Origin: an uncultured virus (IMG/VR IMGVR_UViG_3300044723_011150)
Lineage: Duplodnaviria > Heunggongvirae > Uroviricota > Caudoviricetes
Length of the DNA stretch: 64,000 nt
Virus record (IMG/VR): IMGVR_UViG_3300044723_011150
Reading direction: 5' to 3' (one strand)
Shown: in pieces, positions 26,624 through 35,601 of the stretch
Position numbering within the stretch: the stretch's first letter is position 1
Layout of the letters: each line of letters starts with the position of its first letter
Position numbers and translations under genes: made by a program
Notes under the pieces: model-generated
The model's input: the letters and a program-made list of their open reading frames with translations, nothing else
Told to the model about the DNA's origin: nothing
Database searches by the model: none

Positions 26624-26989
26624 ATGACAGAGCTAAAACGAGATCCCGTAAAGTATATTCGGGATAAAGCAAAAGCAAGATACGAAAAAGGAACAGAGTG
26701 CTATATCTGTGGAGCTGATGCTGAACTCGACTTTCATCACTATTATAGCTTGAGTCCTCTTCTTCAAAAGTGGGTCAAAGAAAAAGGCTACCACATGGAG
26801 GATATAAGAGACTTTCGAGATGAGTTTATAAACGAGCATATTGAAGAACTGTACGATTACACTGTTACTCTATGCCATGCACATCACTTGAAATTACATT
26901 CAATTTATGGTCGTAACCCAACATTACACTCAGCCCCAAAACAGAAACGCTGGGTAGAAATACAAAGAGGAAAGCATGGCTTGGTATAA
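26624..26989 (+). CDS. HNH-type (putative nicking) endonuclease between terL and portal
   Basis: CYIC...FHHYY...TLCHAHHLKLH; same position as the T5 nicking endonuclease gene. Confidence 0.8.
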   Translation: MTELKRDPVKYIRDKAKARYEKGTECYICGADAELDFHHYYSLSPLLQKWVKEKGYHMEDIRDFRDEFINEHIEELYDYTVTLCHAHHLKLHSIYGRNPTLHSAPKQKRWVEIQRGKHGLV

Positions 26990-28169
26990 CTTTTGGCAGC
27001 AGAAAGAGAATGTGGAGGAAAAGTTAAATCCTGCGCAACCTCACTATGACCATAAAGTAGAGTCATCGCGAGAGCGGCATGTAAATTATGAGCGTGCCTA
27101 TGAAGACCTCGAAATTGTAAATCGTGGTGTAAACATGATTGTTGACGACTGTGCAGAAATTGATGCAAAAGTCGGTGGTCAACTAAATACAACAAGTGTT
27201 GTAAAGAATATTAAAAGATCGCGTGTTAATCTTCTACTGAATAAAGAACCAAATCTTTTTCAAGATATTAGCACATTTCGTCGTAATCTAATTACAGACT
27301 ATTTGTTAGACGGAAACATATTTATTTACTTTGATGGCGTACATCTGTACCACTTGCCAGCAAGTAAAATGCATATTCATGCAAGTGAGACAACTTATAT
27401 TGATAAGTTTACTTACAATGAAACAATTAACTATTCTCCTAACGAGATTATTCATGTAAAAGAAAATTCTTTTTACTCTATTTACCGAGGAGTATCAAGA
27501 CTAAAGCCCGCGCTTCGTACAATGGTACTGATGAGAAATATGCGGGATTTTCAAGACAATTTCTTTAAAAATGGAGCGGTTCCAGGTCTCGTATTGAAAT
27601 CCCCAAACACTCTTTCAGAAAAAATCAAAGAGCGAATGATTCAATCTTGGACTGCGCGCTACCGTCCTGATGCAGGGGGTCGTAGACCTCTTATTCTTGA
27701 TGGCGGCATTGAAATTGATAGCGTATCGAATGTAAACTTTAAAGAGTTAGACTTTCAATCCGCAATTACAGAAAATGAAAAAATTATTTTGAAGGCACTT
27801 GGTATTCCCCCGATTCTTCTTGACTCAGGAAACAATGCGAACCTTCGACCTAATATGAGACTTTACTATTTGGAAACTATAATGCCGATAGTAAGAAAGA
27901 TAAATTTTGCTTTAGAGAGATTTTTTGGATTTGAGATCATTGAGGATGCAACTAATATTCCCGCCCTTCAGCCAGAGCTGAGAGATCAAGCACAGTATTA
28001 CTCTGCTTTAGTAAACACAGGAATCATTAGCCCTAATGAAGCTCGACAAGCAATTAATTTCGACCCCATCGAAGGATTTGACGACCTCCGAGTTCCTGCA
28101 AATATTGCAGGAAGCGCGGTAAATCCAGATGAGGGAGGGCGCCCAGAAGAAGGAGAAACTGATGGCTAG
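26976..28169 (+). CDS. Portal protein (HK97/T5 pb7-like)
   Basis: NFFKNGAVPGLVL, ILKALGIPPILLDSGNNAN, GIISPNEAR; 397 aa. Confidence 0.95.
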   Translation: MAWYNFWQQKENVEEKLNPAQPHYDHKVESSRERHVNYERAYEDLEIVNRGVNMIVDDCAEIDAKVGGQLNTTSVVKNIKRSRVNLLLNKEPNLFQDISTFRRNLITDYLLDGNIFIYFDGVHLYHLPASKMHIHASETTYIDKFTYNETINYSPNEIIHVKENSFYSIYRGVSRLKPALRTMVLMRNMRDFQDNFFKNGAVPGLVLKSPNTLSEKIKERMIQSWTARYRPDAGGRRPLILDGGIEIDSVSNVNFKELDFQSAITENEKIILKALGIPPILLDSGNNANLRPNMRLYYLETIMPIVRKINFALERFFGFEIIEDATNIPALQPELRDQAQYYSALVNTGIISPNEARQAINFDPIEGFDDLRVPANIAGSAVNPDEGGRPEEGETDG

Positions 28170-28494
28170 AGCACGCGCAAGAACGGCAGTATTGCAAGAT
28201 ATTGCAATGCATATGCTTGAAGTAGGTCATGTAATGACCAAACACAATTGGGAGCAAGATACAAAAGCTCCTATCCGAGTCGGACTGATTTTAAATCTTT
28301 TCGGTAATTGGTCTCGAATGCTAGGCATTCTGGAAAATGAGATGCCTGATGCTTGGAAGCAAATTAATACACCAAAGGAAGCTCCGAAGCCTAAAATAGA
28401 CCCAAAGCCAAAAGCAGCTCCTAAAAAGGATCCGCTTGAATCTTTGAGCAAGCCTGCTTCGGCAGCAGCTAAAGTGAGTAAAGATGATGAATAA
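28162..28494 (+). CDS. Hypothetical protein with Pro/Lys-rich tail between portal and protease
   Basis: AAGGAG SD before ATG 28162; overlaps both neighbours. Confidence 0.7.
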   Translation: MARARARTAVLQDIAMHMLEVGHVMTKHNWEQDTKAPIRVGLILNLFGNWSRMLGILENEMPDAWKQINTPKEAPKPKIDPKPKAAPKKDPLESLSKPASAAAKVSKDDE

Positions 28495-30484
28495 AGTCTT
28501 TAATCTTACCTCCACCTTTAAAGCTCTTCATGAAGATGATGACGGAGGCGTACACATCTGCGGTATGGCAAGTACGCATGATGAGGATCGTGCAAATGAT
28601 GTTATTATGGCAGAAGCTTGGACAAAAGGTGGACTTCAAAATTTTGAAAAGAACCCTATTATTCTTTTTAACCATGATTATAATAAACCTATTGGTCGAG
28701 CTACAGGTCTTAAAGTTACCGACAATGGGTTAGAACTCAAAGCAAAAATTTCTAAATCTGCGCCAGATCATGTGGCGCAATTAGTAAAAGAAGGCATTCT
28801 TGGAGCTTTTTCTGTTGGTTTCCGAGTCAAGGATGCTGATTATATTTCGGAAACCGACGGACTAAAGATTAAGGATGCTGAGTTGTTTGAAGTATCAGTT
28901 GTATCGGTACCATGCAATCAAGCAGCAACTTTTTCTCTGGCGAAGTCATTTGACTCAATGGATGAGTACAATGAATTCAAGAAAACTTTCACCAATCGTG
29001 TAGATCTAGCCGGTCAGTCTCTGGCTAAGGATGAAAATTCATCGGTAGCTAGTGAAACACCGGACGAAGCGGAAATTTCCGCGAAAGAGGAGATCAAAAT
29101 GTCGGAAGAAGTAAAAACTCCCGAAATCGACTTGGAAGCTTTTGCGAAGAAAGTAGCAGAGGAGACTGCTGCTAAGATCGCTATGAAGCAAGCTGAGTCG
29201 AAGGCGGCCGAAGAAAAGGCTGCCCAAGAAGCTGCTGAGAAAGCTCAGGCAGAAGCCGAAGCTAAAGCTCAGCAAGAAGAAGAAGTTAAGACCGCTATTA
29301 AGACTGGCATTGAGTCAGGTGCTGAGCGGCTGATGGCTGATGTACAACAGGATCTATCCAAGCGTAATGCTGATATGGAGGAGACTCTGGCTAAGTACAA
29401 GCGAGATCTGGAAGAGAAATCAGAAGAAATCGCTAAAATGCGTGATTCTAAGCGTGTATTCGCTGACCGCGCTGAAAAAACAGACATCTCTAAGTGGGGC
29501 AAGGATTTCTTGACCGCTCATATGCTGGGTGTTATGACTCGTAAGGGTTGGAACACTGACTTTGCTCAAGATCTGCAAGAGAAAGCTGGCGTAAATTACG
29601 CGGCCAACGCTGCAGATATCGACCAGGAAGTTTCTTCACTGATCGAGAAGGAAATCATGCATGAGCTGAAAGTTGCTCGTTTGTTCCGTGAGATTCCCGT
29701 AAATGGCGGCGCTACTGTACTGCCTATCCAAACTGATGCTGGCAAGGCTGCTTGGGCAACCTCTGCAACTGCCGGTAACTTGGAGAACCGTCCTCAGGTA
29801 ACTGCTAACCAGTATAACGCTAAGCAAGTAGTACTTAATGCTTATCGTCTGGTTTCTAGCACCTTTATGGACAACGACGTAGACGAGCAGGTACTCATTA
29901 ACTTGATGCCTATGCTGATCGAATCAGTAGCTCGTGCACACGGTCGTGCGGTAGAAGACGTTATCCTGAACGGTAACGGCACTATCTCTGGTCTGGATAA
30001 CTATGCAGCTGCATATGACCCCGGCACTTTCTCACTCGCAGCTTCAACTCGTCTGACTGCAGCTATGCTGTTGGGTGCTCGTGAAGCAATGGGTAAGTAT
30101 GGTCTTAACCCCGGCGACATCGCGTTCATCGTTAGCCAGAACAGCTATTTTGACCTGCTGAATGATGGTAACTTCCAGACTCTGGATGAAGTTGGTTCAG
30201 ACTTGGCAGCGCGAGTTGTTGGTACTATCGGTGCAGTATACGGTTCACCCGTAATTGTATCTGAAGAGTTCCCAGCTGAAATTGCTGCTGCGCCTGCTGC
30301 ATTTGCAGTTAACACTCGCAACTACGTTGTACCTCGACTGAGAGGTGTATCTGTTGAGCAAGATTACGAAGTCATGAACCAGCGTCGTGTAATCGTAGCT
30401 TCTCAATCGCTTGGCTTTGAAGAAATTCTGGCTGGCGACGGTGCGGGTAATGAGCCTGCAGTGAAGATCGATCACGAAGCTTAA
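28484..30484 (+). CDS. Fused prohead protease, scaffold (delta) domain and HK97-fold major capsid protein
   Basis: N-terminal S78-type protease motifs (ILFNHD..KPIG, FSVGF, ELFEVSVVSVPCN), coiled-coil middle, HK97-like capsid C-terminus; no stop between domains. Confidence 0.92.
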   Translation: MMNKVFNLTSTFKALHEDDDGGVHICGMASTHDEDRANDVIMAEAWTKGGLQNFEKNPIILFNHDYNKPIGRATGLKVTDNGLELKAKISKSAPDHVAQLVKEGILGAFSVGFRVKDADYISETDGLKIKDAELFEVSVVSVPCNQAATFSLAKSFDSMDEYNEFKKTFTNRVDLAGQSLAKDENSSVASETPDEAEISAKEEIKMSEEVKTPEIDLEAFAKKVAEETAAKIAMKQAESKAAEEKAAQEAAEKAQAEAEAKAQQEEEVKTAIKTGIESGAERLMADVQQDLSKRNADMEETLAKYKRDLEEKSEEIAKMRDSKRVFADRAEKTDISKWGKDFLTAHMLGVMTRKGWNTDFAQDLQEKAGVNYAANAADIDQEVSSLIEKEIMHELKVARLFREIPVNGGATVLPIQTDAGKAAWATSATAGNLENRPQVTANQYNAKQVVLNAYRLVSSTFMDNDVDEQVLINLMPMLIESVARAHGRAVEDVILNGNGTISGLDNYAAAYDPGTFSLAASTRLTAAMLLGAREAMGKYGLNPGDIAFIVSQNSYFDLLNDGNFQTLDEVGSDLAARVVGTIGAVYGSPVIVSEEFPAEIAAAPAAFAVNTRNYVVPRLRGVSVEQDYEVMNQRRVIVASQSLGFEEILAGDGAGNEPAVKIDHEA

Positions 30485-30494
30485 TTAGCTCTAT

Positions 30495-30526
30495 AAACTG
30501 GGGAGGTTCGCCTCCCCAAGTTTTTA
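30495..30526 (+). terminator. Rho-independent terminator after the capsid gene
   Basis: TGGGGAGG-TTCG-CCTCCCCA followed by a T-run. Confidence 0.9.
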
Positions 30527-30537
30527 TTAATTGACTT

Positions 30538-31125
30538 ATGGCAGACTTAACTACTTTAAATGATTATAAAGCCGCCGAAGGGATTAGTAGCCCTAAGGAC
30601 GATGCTCGTTTAAATTTTCTTATTCCTTCTGTGAGTGAATTAGTAAAAACTTATTGCGGTAATAGTTTTGTAGATTATTATTCTACAAATAAAGTGGAAT
30701 CCATTAATGTTGATTGGGATACTCACATTATACAATTAACAGAAAGTCCTGTAAATACAATTGTAACAGTAGAAGAGCGTGACTCTTATGGAAGCTCTTA
30801 TAGTACTCTTACTACAGGTGCATATGAATATTATTTAGATACTGCTACCGATAGTGTAATACGTACAACGAATGGCAGTTATAAAAACTGGCGTCGTGGC
30901 CCAGGAGCAGTTCGAGTAACTTATACTGCAGGATACTCTGTATTGCCTTCTGATCTACGACTTGCAGTTTTTGATTTGGTTACATACTACTTGAAAGATG
31001 AGCACAAAGAGCGACGCACAATTGCAGGCGCTAGTATTCAGAATCAAGCAAGCTCAAGTCAGCGTAACAATGTGGCATTTCCTGACCATATTAAACGCGT
31101 GCTTGATTTGTATAAAAACTTTTAA
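30538..31125 (+). CDS. Head completion / head-tail connector protein
   Basis: VRVTYTAGY..LPSDL.LAV...FPDHIKRVLDLYK; T5 p144 position. Confidence 0.85.
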   Translation: MADLTTLNDYKAAEGISSPKDDARLNFLIPSVSELVKTYCGNSFVDYYSTNKVESINVDWDTHIIQLTESPVNTIVTVEERDSYGSSYSTLTTGAYEYYLDTATDSVIRTTNGSYKNWRRGPGAVRVTYTAGYSVLPSDLRLAVFDLVTYYLKDEHKERRTIAGASIQNQASSSQRNNVAFPDHIKRVLDLYKNF

Positions 31126-32480
31126 TGGCAAGTAGTAATTTAAAAGCATTTTTAGAAAAGTTACAGACTGAATTAACACAGAAAGGAGCTTCAGATGCTT
31201 GGAGAACTGCTACCGGTAATCTTAAAACTCATGACTTTGTGTATAGCTCCACAACTATAAAAAGAACTGTACGAGATCTTTTAAATAGAAGTAACGAGTA
31301 TAAGGGACAAACAGAAGAAATTCGAGAAGCAATTAAACTTATATCCCCAGAAATTACAGAACTTACAAAAAATTTACGAAAAGCTTTTCAAGCTCAAGCA
31401 AAAGAAGGTGATATACTCGTTAATATAGCAGAGCCTCGAGGAGGAGTATCTGTAACAGTTTTGGAGCAAACTTCTGGTAAAAATGCGGGAAGAGATAACT
31501 ACGCAAAAATTTATAGAATATATAAAGATCACTTAGAGGAGTTTTATCAAGCAGTACTAGCTAAGTTAAATAAAAAAATGCTAACTAGACAAAGTGCTTC
31601 TAACCCAAAAGAGACTAGAGAAATTAAAAAATCCGGGCAAGCATTTAATTTAGAGCACATTCAAGGCAGTAATGTTGAACATTTTATAAATGATGTAGTG
31701 CACAAAGCTTTAGCTGAAACTTTCGGAAATAGAAGTCTTGGCCCTAAGCAGCAAGCTCTTATAAAAGACTTAGGGTTAGGAGCGATACTAGAAGTTATAA
31801 AAGATCCTAAATCTGAAAAAGTAACAGTTACAATTCGAAGCCAAATATTAAATGCAATAGCCGGAGGCGGAGAAGAAAAGAAAATTTTAGCAGATTTAAA
31901 AAAAGCTTTACAAAAACTAGATGTTCCAAATTTGAAAGGCTCTGATAGTATTGTAGAAACAAACAGAAAGAAAACTGTAAAAAAGTTATTAAAGCCTTTT
32001 AAAAATAAAAAAACTTTAAAAGTAGTTAGTGAAAATTTAAGTATAGCTAAAAAAAGTAAGGCAAAAAATAAAATAAAGCCAAAAATAAAAAAAGCGGGCC
32101 CCTTACCTTTTCCGGTAAAAAAGAAACAATTAAGGCCGGAAAAAAGCAATAAACAGTCACAGAGTATGTTTTCTATAATGGCAATGATTAATCAAAAATT
32201 GCCACAAACAGTAGAAAAGAATATGAAAAGTCCTGGACTTGAAAGTAGAACAGGTAGATTTGCACAAAGTGTTAGATTAACAGATGTAAGTACAACTCGG
32301 CAAGGATTTCCTAGTTTTGGTTATACTTATCAAACCAATCCTTATCAAGTTTTTGAGATGGGAAGGGGCAAGAGTCCGTGGTCAACACCTCAGAGAGATC
32401 CTCGCACCGTTATTGATGCATCAATACGAGAAATAGCGGCAGAAATGGCAATAGGAAGATTTTATACTAGGAGAGTATAA
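31125..32480 (+). CDS. Tail completion / neck protein, T5 p143-like with long N-terminal extension
   Basis: C-terminal L.SRTGRFA.SV...Y.Y..NPYQVFE...RDPR..I..SIREIA; synteny. Confidence 0.7.
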   Translation: MASSNLKAFLEKLQTELTQKGASDAWRTATGNLKTHDFVYSSTTIKRTVRDLLNRSNEYKGQTEEIREAIKLISPEITELTKNLRKAFQAQAKEGDILVNIAEPRGGVSVTVLEQTSGKNAGRDNYAKIYRIYKDHLEEFYQAVLAKLNKKMLTRQSASNPKETREIKKSGQAFNLEHIQGSNVEHFINDVVHKALAETFGNRSLGPKQQALIKDLGLGAILEVIKDPKSEKVTVTIRSQILNAIAGGGEEKKILADLKKALQKLDVPNLKGSDSIVETNRKKTVKKLLKPFKNKKTLKVVSENLSIAKKSKAKNKIKPKIKKAGPLPFPVKKKQLRPEKSNKQSQSMFSIMAMINQKLPQTVEKNMKSPGLESRTGRFAQSVRLTDVSTTRQGFPSFGYTYQTNPYQVFEMGRGKSPWSTPQRDPRTVIDASIREIAAEMAIGRFYTRRV

Positions 32481-32932
32481 TGGCAGCTGAAAGAACTTTT
32501 ACTAGCCGTAGAGCCGCCATTACAAAAGGTATTACAGATAAATTAGCCTTAATAAATGGTCAAGGAGCCTATCACTCTGCAGTTGCGGAAATAAGTCCTC
32601 GATTAAAATTTTGGGACGAAGTAGAAGAGTTTCCTGCAATTCATTTAAATGCAGGCTCAGAAACAAGACAGTACCAAGGCGGTGGGTATAAAGATCGTTT
32701 CTTAAATGTTACAATTCGATGTTATGTAAATCAAGAAGATGCAGTAGATGCTCTCGATGAGTTAATAGAAGACGTCGAAACAGTTTTAGAAGAAAATAGT
32801 AGGCTGGAATACTATGATCGCTTAGGTCTTAAACAGCATACTCAACAAATCACAGTCATTAGTATTGATACTGATGAAGGTGTATTAGAACCTTTAGGAG
32901 TTGCAGAAATTCTTATTGAGGTTCGATACTAG
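32480..32932 (+). CDS. Tail tube terminator protein, T5 p142-like
   Basis: FWDEVEEFP...ETRQY...ISIDTDEGVLEPLGVAEI..EVRY. Confidence 0.8.
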   Translation: MAAERTFTSRRAAITKGITDKLALINGQGAYHSAVAEISPRLKFWDEVEEFPAIHLNAGSETRQYQGGGYKDRFLNVTIRCYVNQEDAVDALDELIEDVETVLEENSRLEYYDRLGLKQHTQQITVISIDTDEGVLEPLGVAEILIEVRY

Positions 32933-32992
32933 AAAATGCTGGCACGAACAAACGTTCACGTCCATGCCTTTTCAAGACATAGGAGATAATCT

Positions 32993-34621
32993 ATGGCAGA
33001 TAAACTTTATTTTAGTCGCGACGCGAAACTATACGTTGAGCTGACAGATATTGACGGAGACTTTCAAGGTCTCTGGGAAATTCCTGTACTTGACGGTTTT
33101 AGTTTTTCGCAGAGCACAAATCAATCTGAAATTGGATTGAATGAAATGGAAAGTACTGCAGGTATTAGCCGGCGGGGCCGACGTCTCTTTACAGACTCTT
33201 TGGCTCCTGCGGAATGGTCTTTTAGTACTTATGTACGACCCACAAATCGTGGCTCTAGCAAAATGCATCTTGTAGATCAGGTTCTTTGGGCAGCAATGGC
33301 AGGAGCTGATGAATTTGGGGGAACAGGAGTAACAAATACTACTACTACCCTCGAAGGAGACTATACTCGATCAACAAATCCTGTAAATGGAGTTGGAGGT
33401 ACTAGTGGTCTTGTATATGACGAACTGGGTGCAAGTCTTCCTTCTGATAATACTGCAGTAGGGGGCCTTTTAGGATTTCAAAACTCAAATAGATCTACTC
33501 TTCCTCAGATGACTTTATACTTTGTATTTGAGACGGATCCGAATGAGCCGATGGTTTATAAGCTAAGTAACTCGATTGTAAATGAGTGCTCTATTGATTT
33601 TGATATTGATGGAATTGCAACTGCTAACTGGTCTGGATTTGCAAAAGAAGTTGAAGATCTAAAAAGTTTGGGACTAGTCGCTGTAGGTACTACAGAACCT
33701 TCAGTAGTACAAGATAAAGTCTGGCTGAATAGCGGCTCTGATCTTAAACTATATGTGCCGGTAGATTCTGGAGGCAAGCCCTCTGGTAGTGCTGCTGTTC
33801 ACGACGCTTATTACCCTGCAATTAGTAGCGGTGTAACCTCTACTAATAATTTTATTCGTAATCGTTTAACTCAACTATCTGTTCGAGGTCGGAACCCTGA
33901 CGTAATGGAAGGAAAACCCGTAACACTTACTAACGTAAGTAATGCATCTTCTGCCGTTATTACAGTAGGTAGTGGACATGGGGTAGTTGTCGGTGATACA
34001 ATCTCCTTCTCAGGAATAGTTGATGATAACACCTCTACAAATAATACTCTTCAGGCAGCTCTGAATGGAATTAATCATACTGTGACTGCAGTCACCTCAA
34101 CAAGCATTACTATTTCTACAGACACTAGTAGCTTAGATGGCTATAGCAGTGGTGGAATTGTTCATACTGGTATTTACACTTTTACTCTTACGGGAGGAAA
34201 TATTACAATTTCTAATAACGTAACTTATCTTGTGCCAGAAGAACTTGGTACAATTAATAAGCCTGTTGAAGGTGTAACGGGGTCACGAGCAATTGGAGGT
34301 AATTTTACTTGCTACTTAGTGTTTGATGATACTGGAAATGATGGTGACAATACAGGATCTTCTGCAGACTTTTTCTCTGATCTTGTAAATCCTACGAAAG
34401 GTCTTACAAAAGTTGTAAACGATTTTGATGTAACTTTTAAAGTAGGAGGAACTGTTTCTGGACAGCCACGACTTAACTTGAACTTCCCGAAAGTTCATAT
34501 TGACGTACCTACTCATAGTATCGAAGATGTTATTGCATTGGAGACAAACTTTGGTGCATATACTAATGACTTCAATACTGTTGATGAGTTTAACATGGAA
34601 GTATTCGGAGTTACCGCTTAA
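32993..34621 (+). CDS. Major tail tube protein, T5 pb6-like
   Basis: WEIPVLDGFSFSQ, SLAPAEWSFSTYVRP, DFDIDGIATANWSG, FIRNRLT, TGGNITI.NN.TYL.PE. Confidence 0.88.
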   Translation: MADKLYFSRDAKLYVELTDIDGDFQGLWEIPVLDGFSFSQSTNQSEIGLNEMESTAGISRRGRRLFTDSLAPAEWSFSTYVRPTNRGSSKMHLVDQVLWAAMAGADEFGGTGVTNTTTTLEGDYTRSTNPVNGVGGTSGLVYDELGASLPSDNTAVGGLLGFQNSNRSTLPQMTLYFVFETDPNEPMVYKLSNSIVNECSIDFDIDGIATANWSGFAKEVEDLKSLGLVAVGTTEPSVVQDKVWLNSGSDLKLYVPVDSGGKPSGSAAVHDAYYPAISSGVTSTNNFIRNRLTQLSVRGRNPDVMEGKPVTLTNVSNASSAVITVGSGHGVVVGDTISFSGIVDDNTSTNNTLQAALNGINHTVTAVTSTSITISTDTSSLDGYSSGGIVHTGIYTFTLTGGNITISNNVTYLVPEELGTINKPVEGVTGSRAIGGNFTCYLVFDDTGNDGDNTGSSADFFSDLVNPTKGLTKVVNDFDVTFKVGGTVSGQPRLNLNFPKVHIDVPTHSIEDVIALETNFGAYTNDFNTVDEFNMEVFGVTA

Positions 34622-34642
34622 TAACTATAATAACTTTAACCT

Positions 34643-34666
34643 AAACCCGCTTCGGCGGGTTTTTTC
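34643..34666 (+). terminator. Rho-independent terminator after the tail tube gene
   Basis: AAACCCGC-TTCG-GCGGGTTT plus T-run. Confidence 0.9.
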
Positions 34667-34689
34667 TTTCCAGGTGTTAAAAATAATTC

Positions 34690-34718
34690 TTGACATTTTT
34701 CCTGGCCTTCGATATAAT
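34690..34718 (+). promoter_or_regulatory. Consensus sigma70 promoter TTGACA-17-TATAAT (tail operon)
   Basis: TTGACAtttttcctggccttcgaTATAAT. Confidence 0.85.
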
Positions 34719-34756
34719 ATGTGGTATAAATCAATAAAAACCTTTAAGGACCAACT

Positions 34757-35185
34757 ATGACAGACAAAAAAGAGCCTATCTCTCTCGCGAGTCTCATGAC
34801 TCCAAGTAAGACAGTAACAATTGACTTTCCTGGCTACTCAGGAATGAAAGTAGATCTTTGCTACTTAGCAAGAGAAGAGCTGATTAAACTTCGAAAGCGT
34901 TGTCTTACTACAAAGTTTGATAGAAAAACAAGACAACCGGAAGAAATCTTAGATGAAGAAAAGTTTTTAACAGAATATTGTAATGCAGTAATTAAAGGAT
35001 GGAAAGGACTGAAATTTCGATACCTAGAAGAGCTTCTTTTGGTTGATATTTCTGGACAAGATCCTGATAATGAATTAATGTATACTCAAGAAAATGCAGA
35101 GCTTCTGATGAAGAATGCAAATGATTTTGATACATGGGTGACAGAATCAGTAGGTGACCTTGAAAATTTTACGAGCAACAAGTAG
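34757..35185 (+). CDS. Tail assembly chaperone (gpG-like)
   Basis: Lies between tail tube and tape measure genes; VIKGWKGL motif; slippery site near the 3' end. Confidence 0.85.
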   Translation: MTDKKEPISLASLMTPSKTVTIDFPGYSGMKVDLCYLAREELIKLRKRCLTTKFDRKTRQPEEILDEEKFLTEYCNAVIKGWKGLKFRYLEELLLVDISGQDPDNELMYTQENAELLMKNANDFDTWVTESVGDLENFTSNK

Positions 35186-35601
35186 CTGAAGTTCGACAGT
35201 TACTTGAAAAATACGTAAAAGAATCTGCTCATATAGACGTAGAAAAATATCTACGGATGTGTGAGCAGTTAGGCCAAGAGCCTGACCCAGCCAAAATGCC
35301 GCTCGAGTCTTCTTCTTTTCCGGAGGAAGTTCAAGTGGCATTTTTTATATATGGATTAATGTCTGATCGCTGGGATGGAATGTCGGGAACCTATTTAGGA
35401 AAAGACTGGAATAGTTTAGAGTATATATTTAAAATATACGAAATTGAAAATCAAAAAGAAGTATTTTTCTTTTTAAAAATTTATGAGAATCTTCTCATAT
35501 CTTACAGAGCAGAAGAAGCAGAGAAAAAACGTAAAGCAGAGGAGCGCAAAGCTAAGTCTCCAGGAGGTGGAAAACAGTACACCCATAATGTTCGCGGCTA
35601 A
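35164..35601 (+). CDS. Tail assembly chaperone gpT-like segment, probably expressed by -1 frameshift
   Basis: The -1 frame is open from 35164 (just after TGA at 35161) to 35601; heptamer A AAT TTT at 35164-35170. Confidence 0.8.
   Translation, partial: KFYEQQVAEVRQLLEKYVKESAHIDVEKYLRMCEQLGQEPDPAKMPLESSSFPEEVQVAFFIYGLMSDRWDGMSGTYLGKDWNSLEYIFKIYEIENQKEVFFFLKIYENLLISYRAEEAEKKRKAEERKAKSPGGGKQYTHNVRG

Noticed and set aside
26624..26989. HNH gene as a mobile homing endonuclease or intron
   Set aside because: It interrupts no gene and sits at the conserved terL-portal position of T5-like phages
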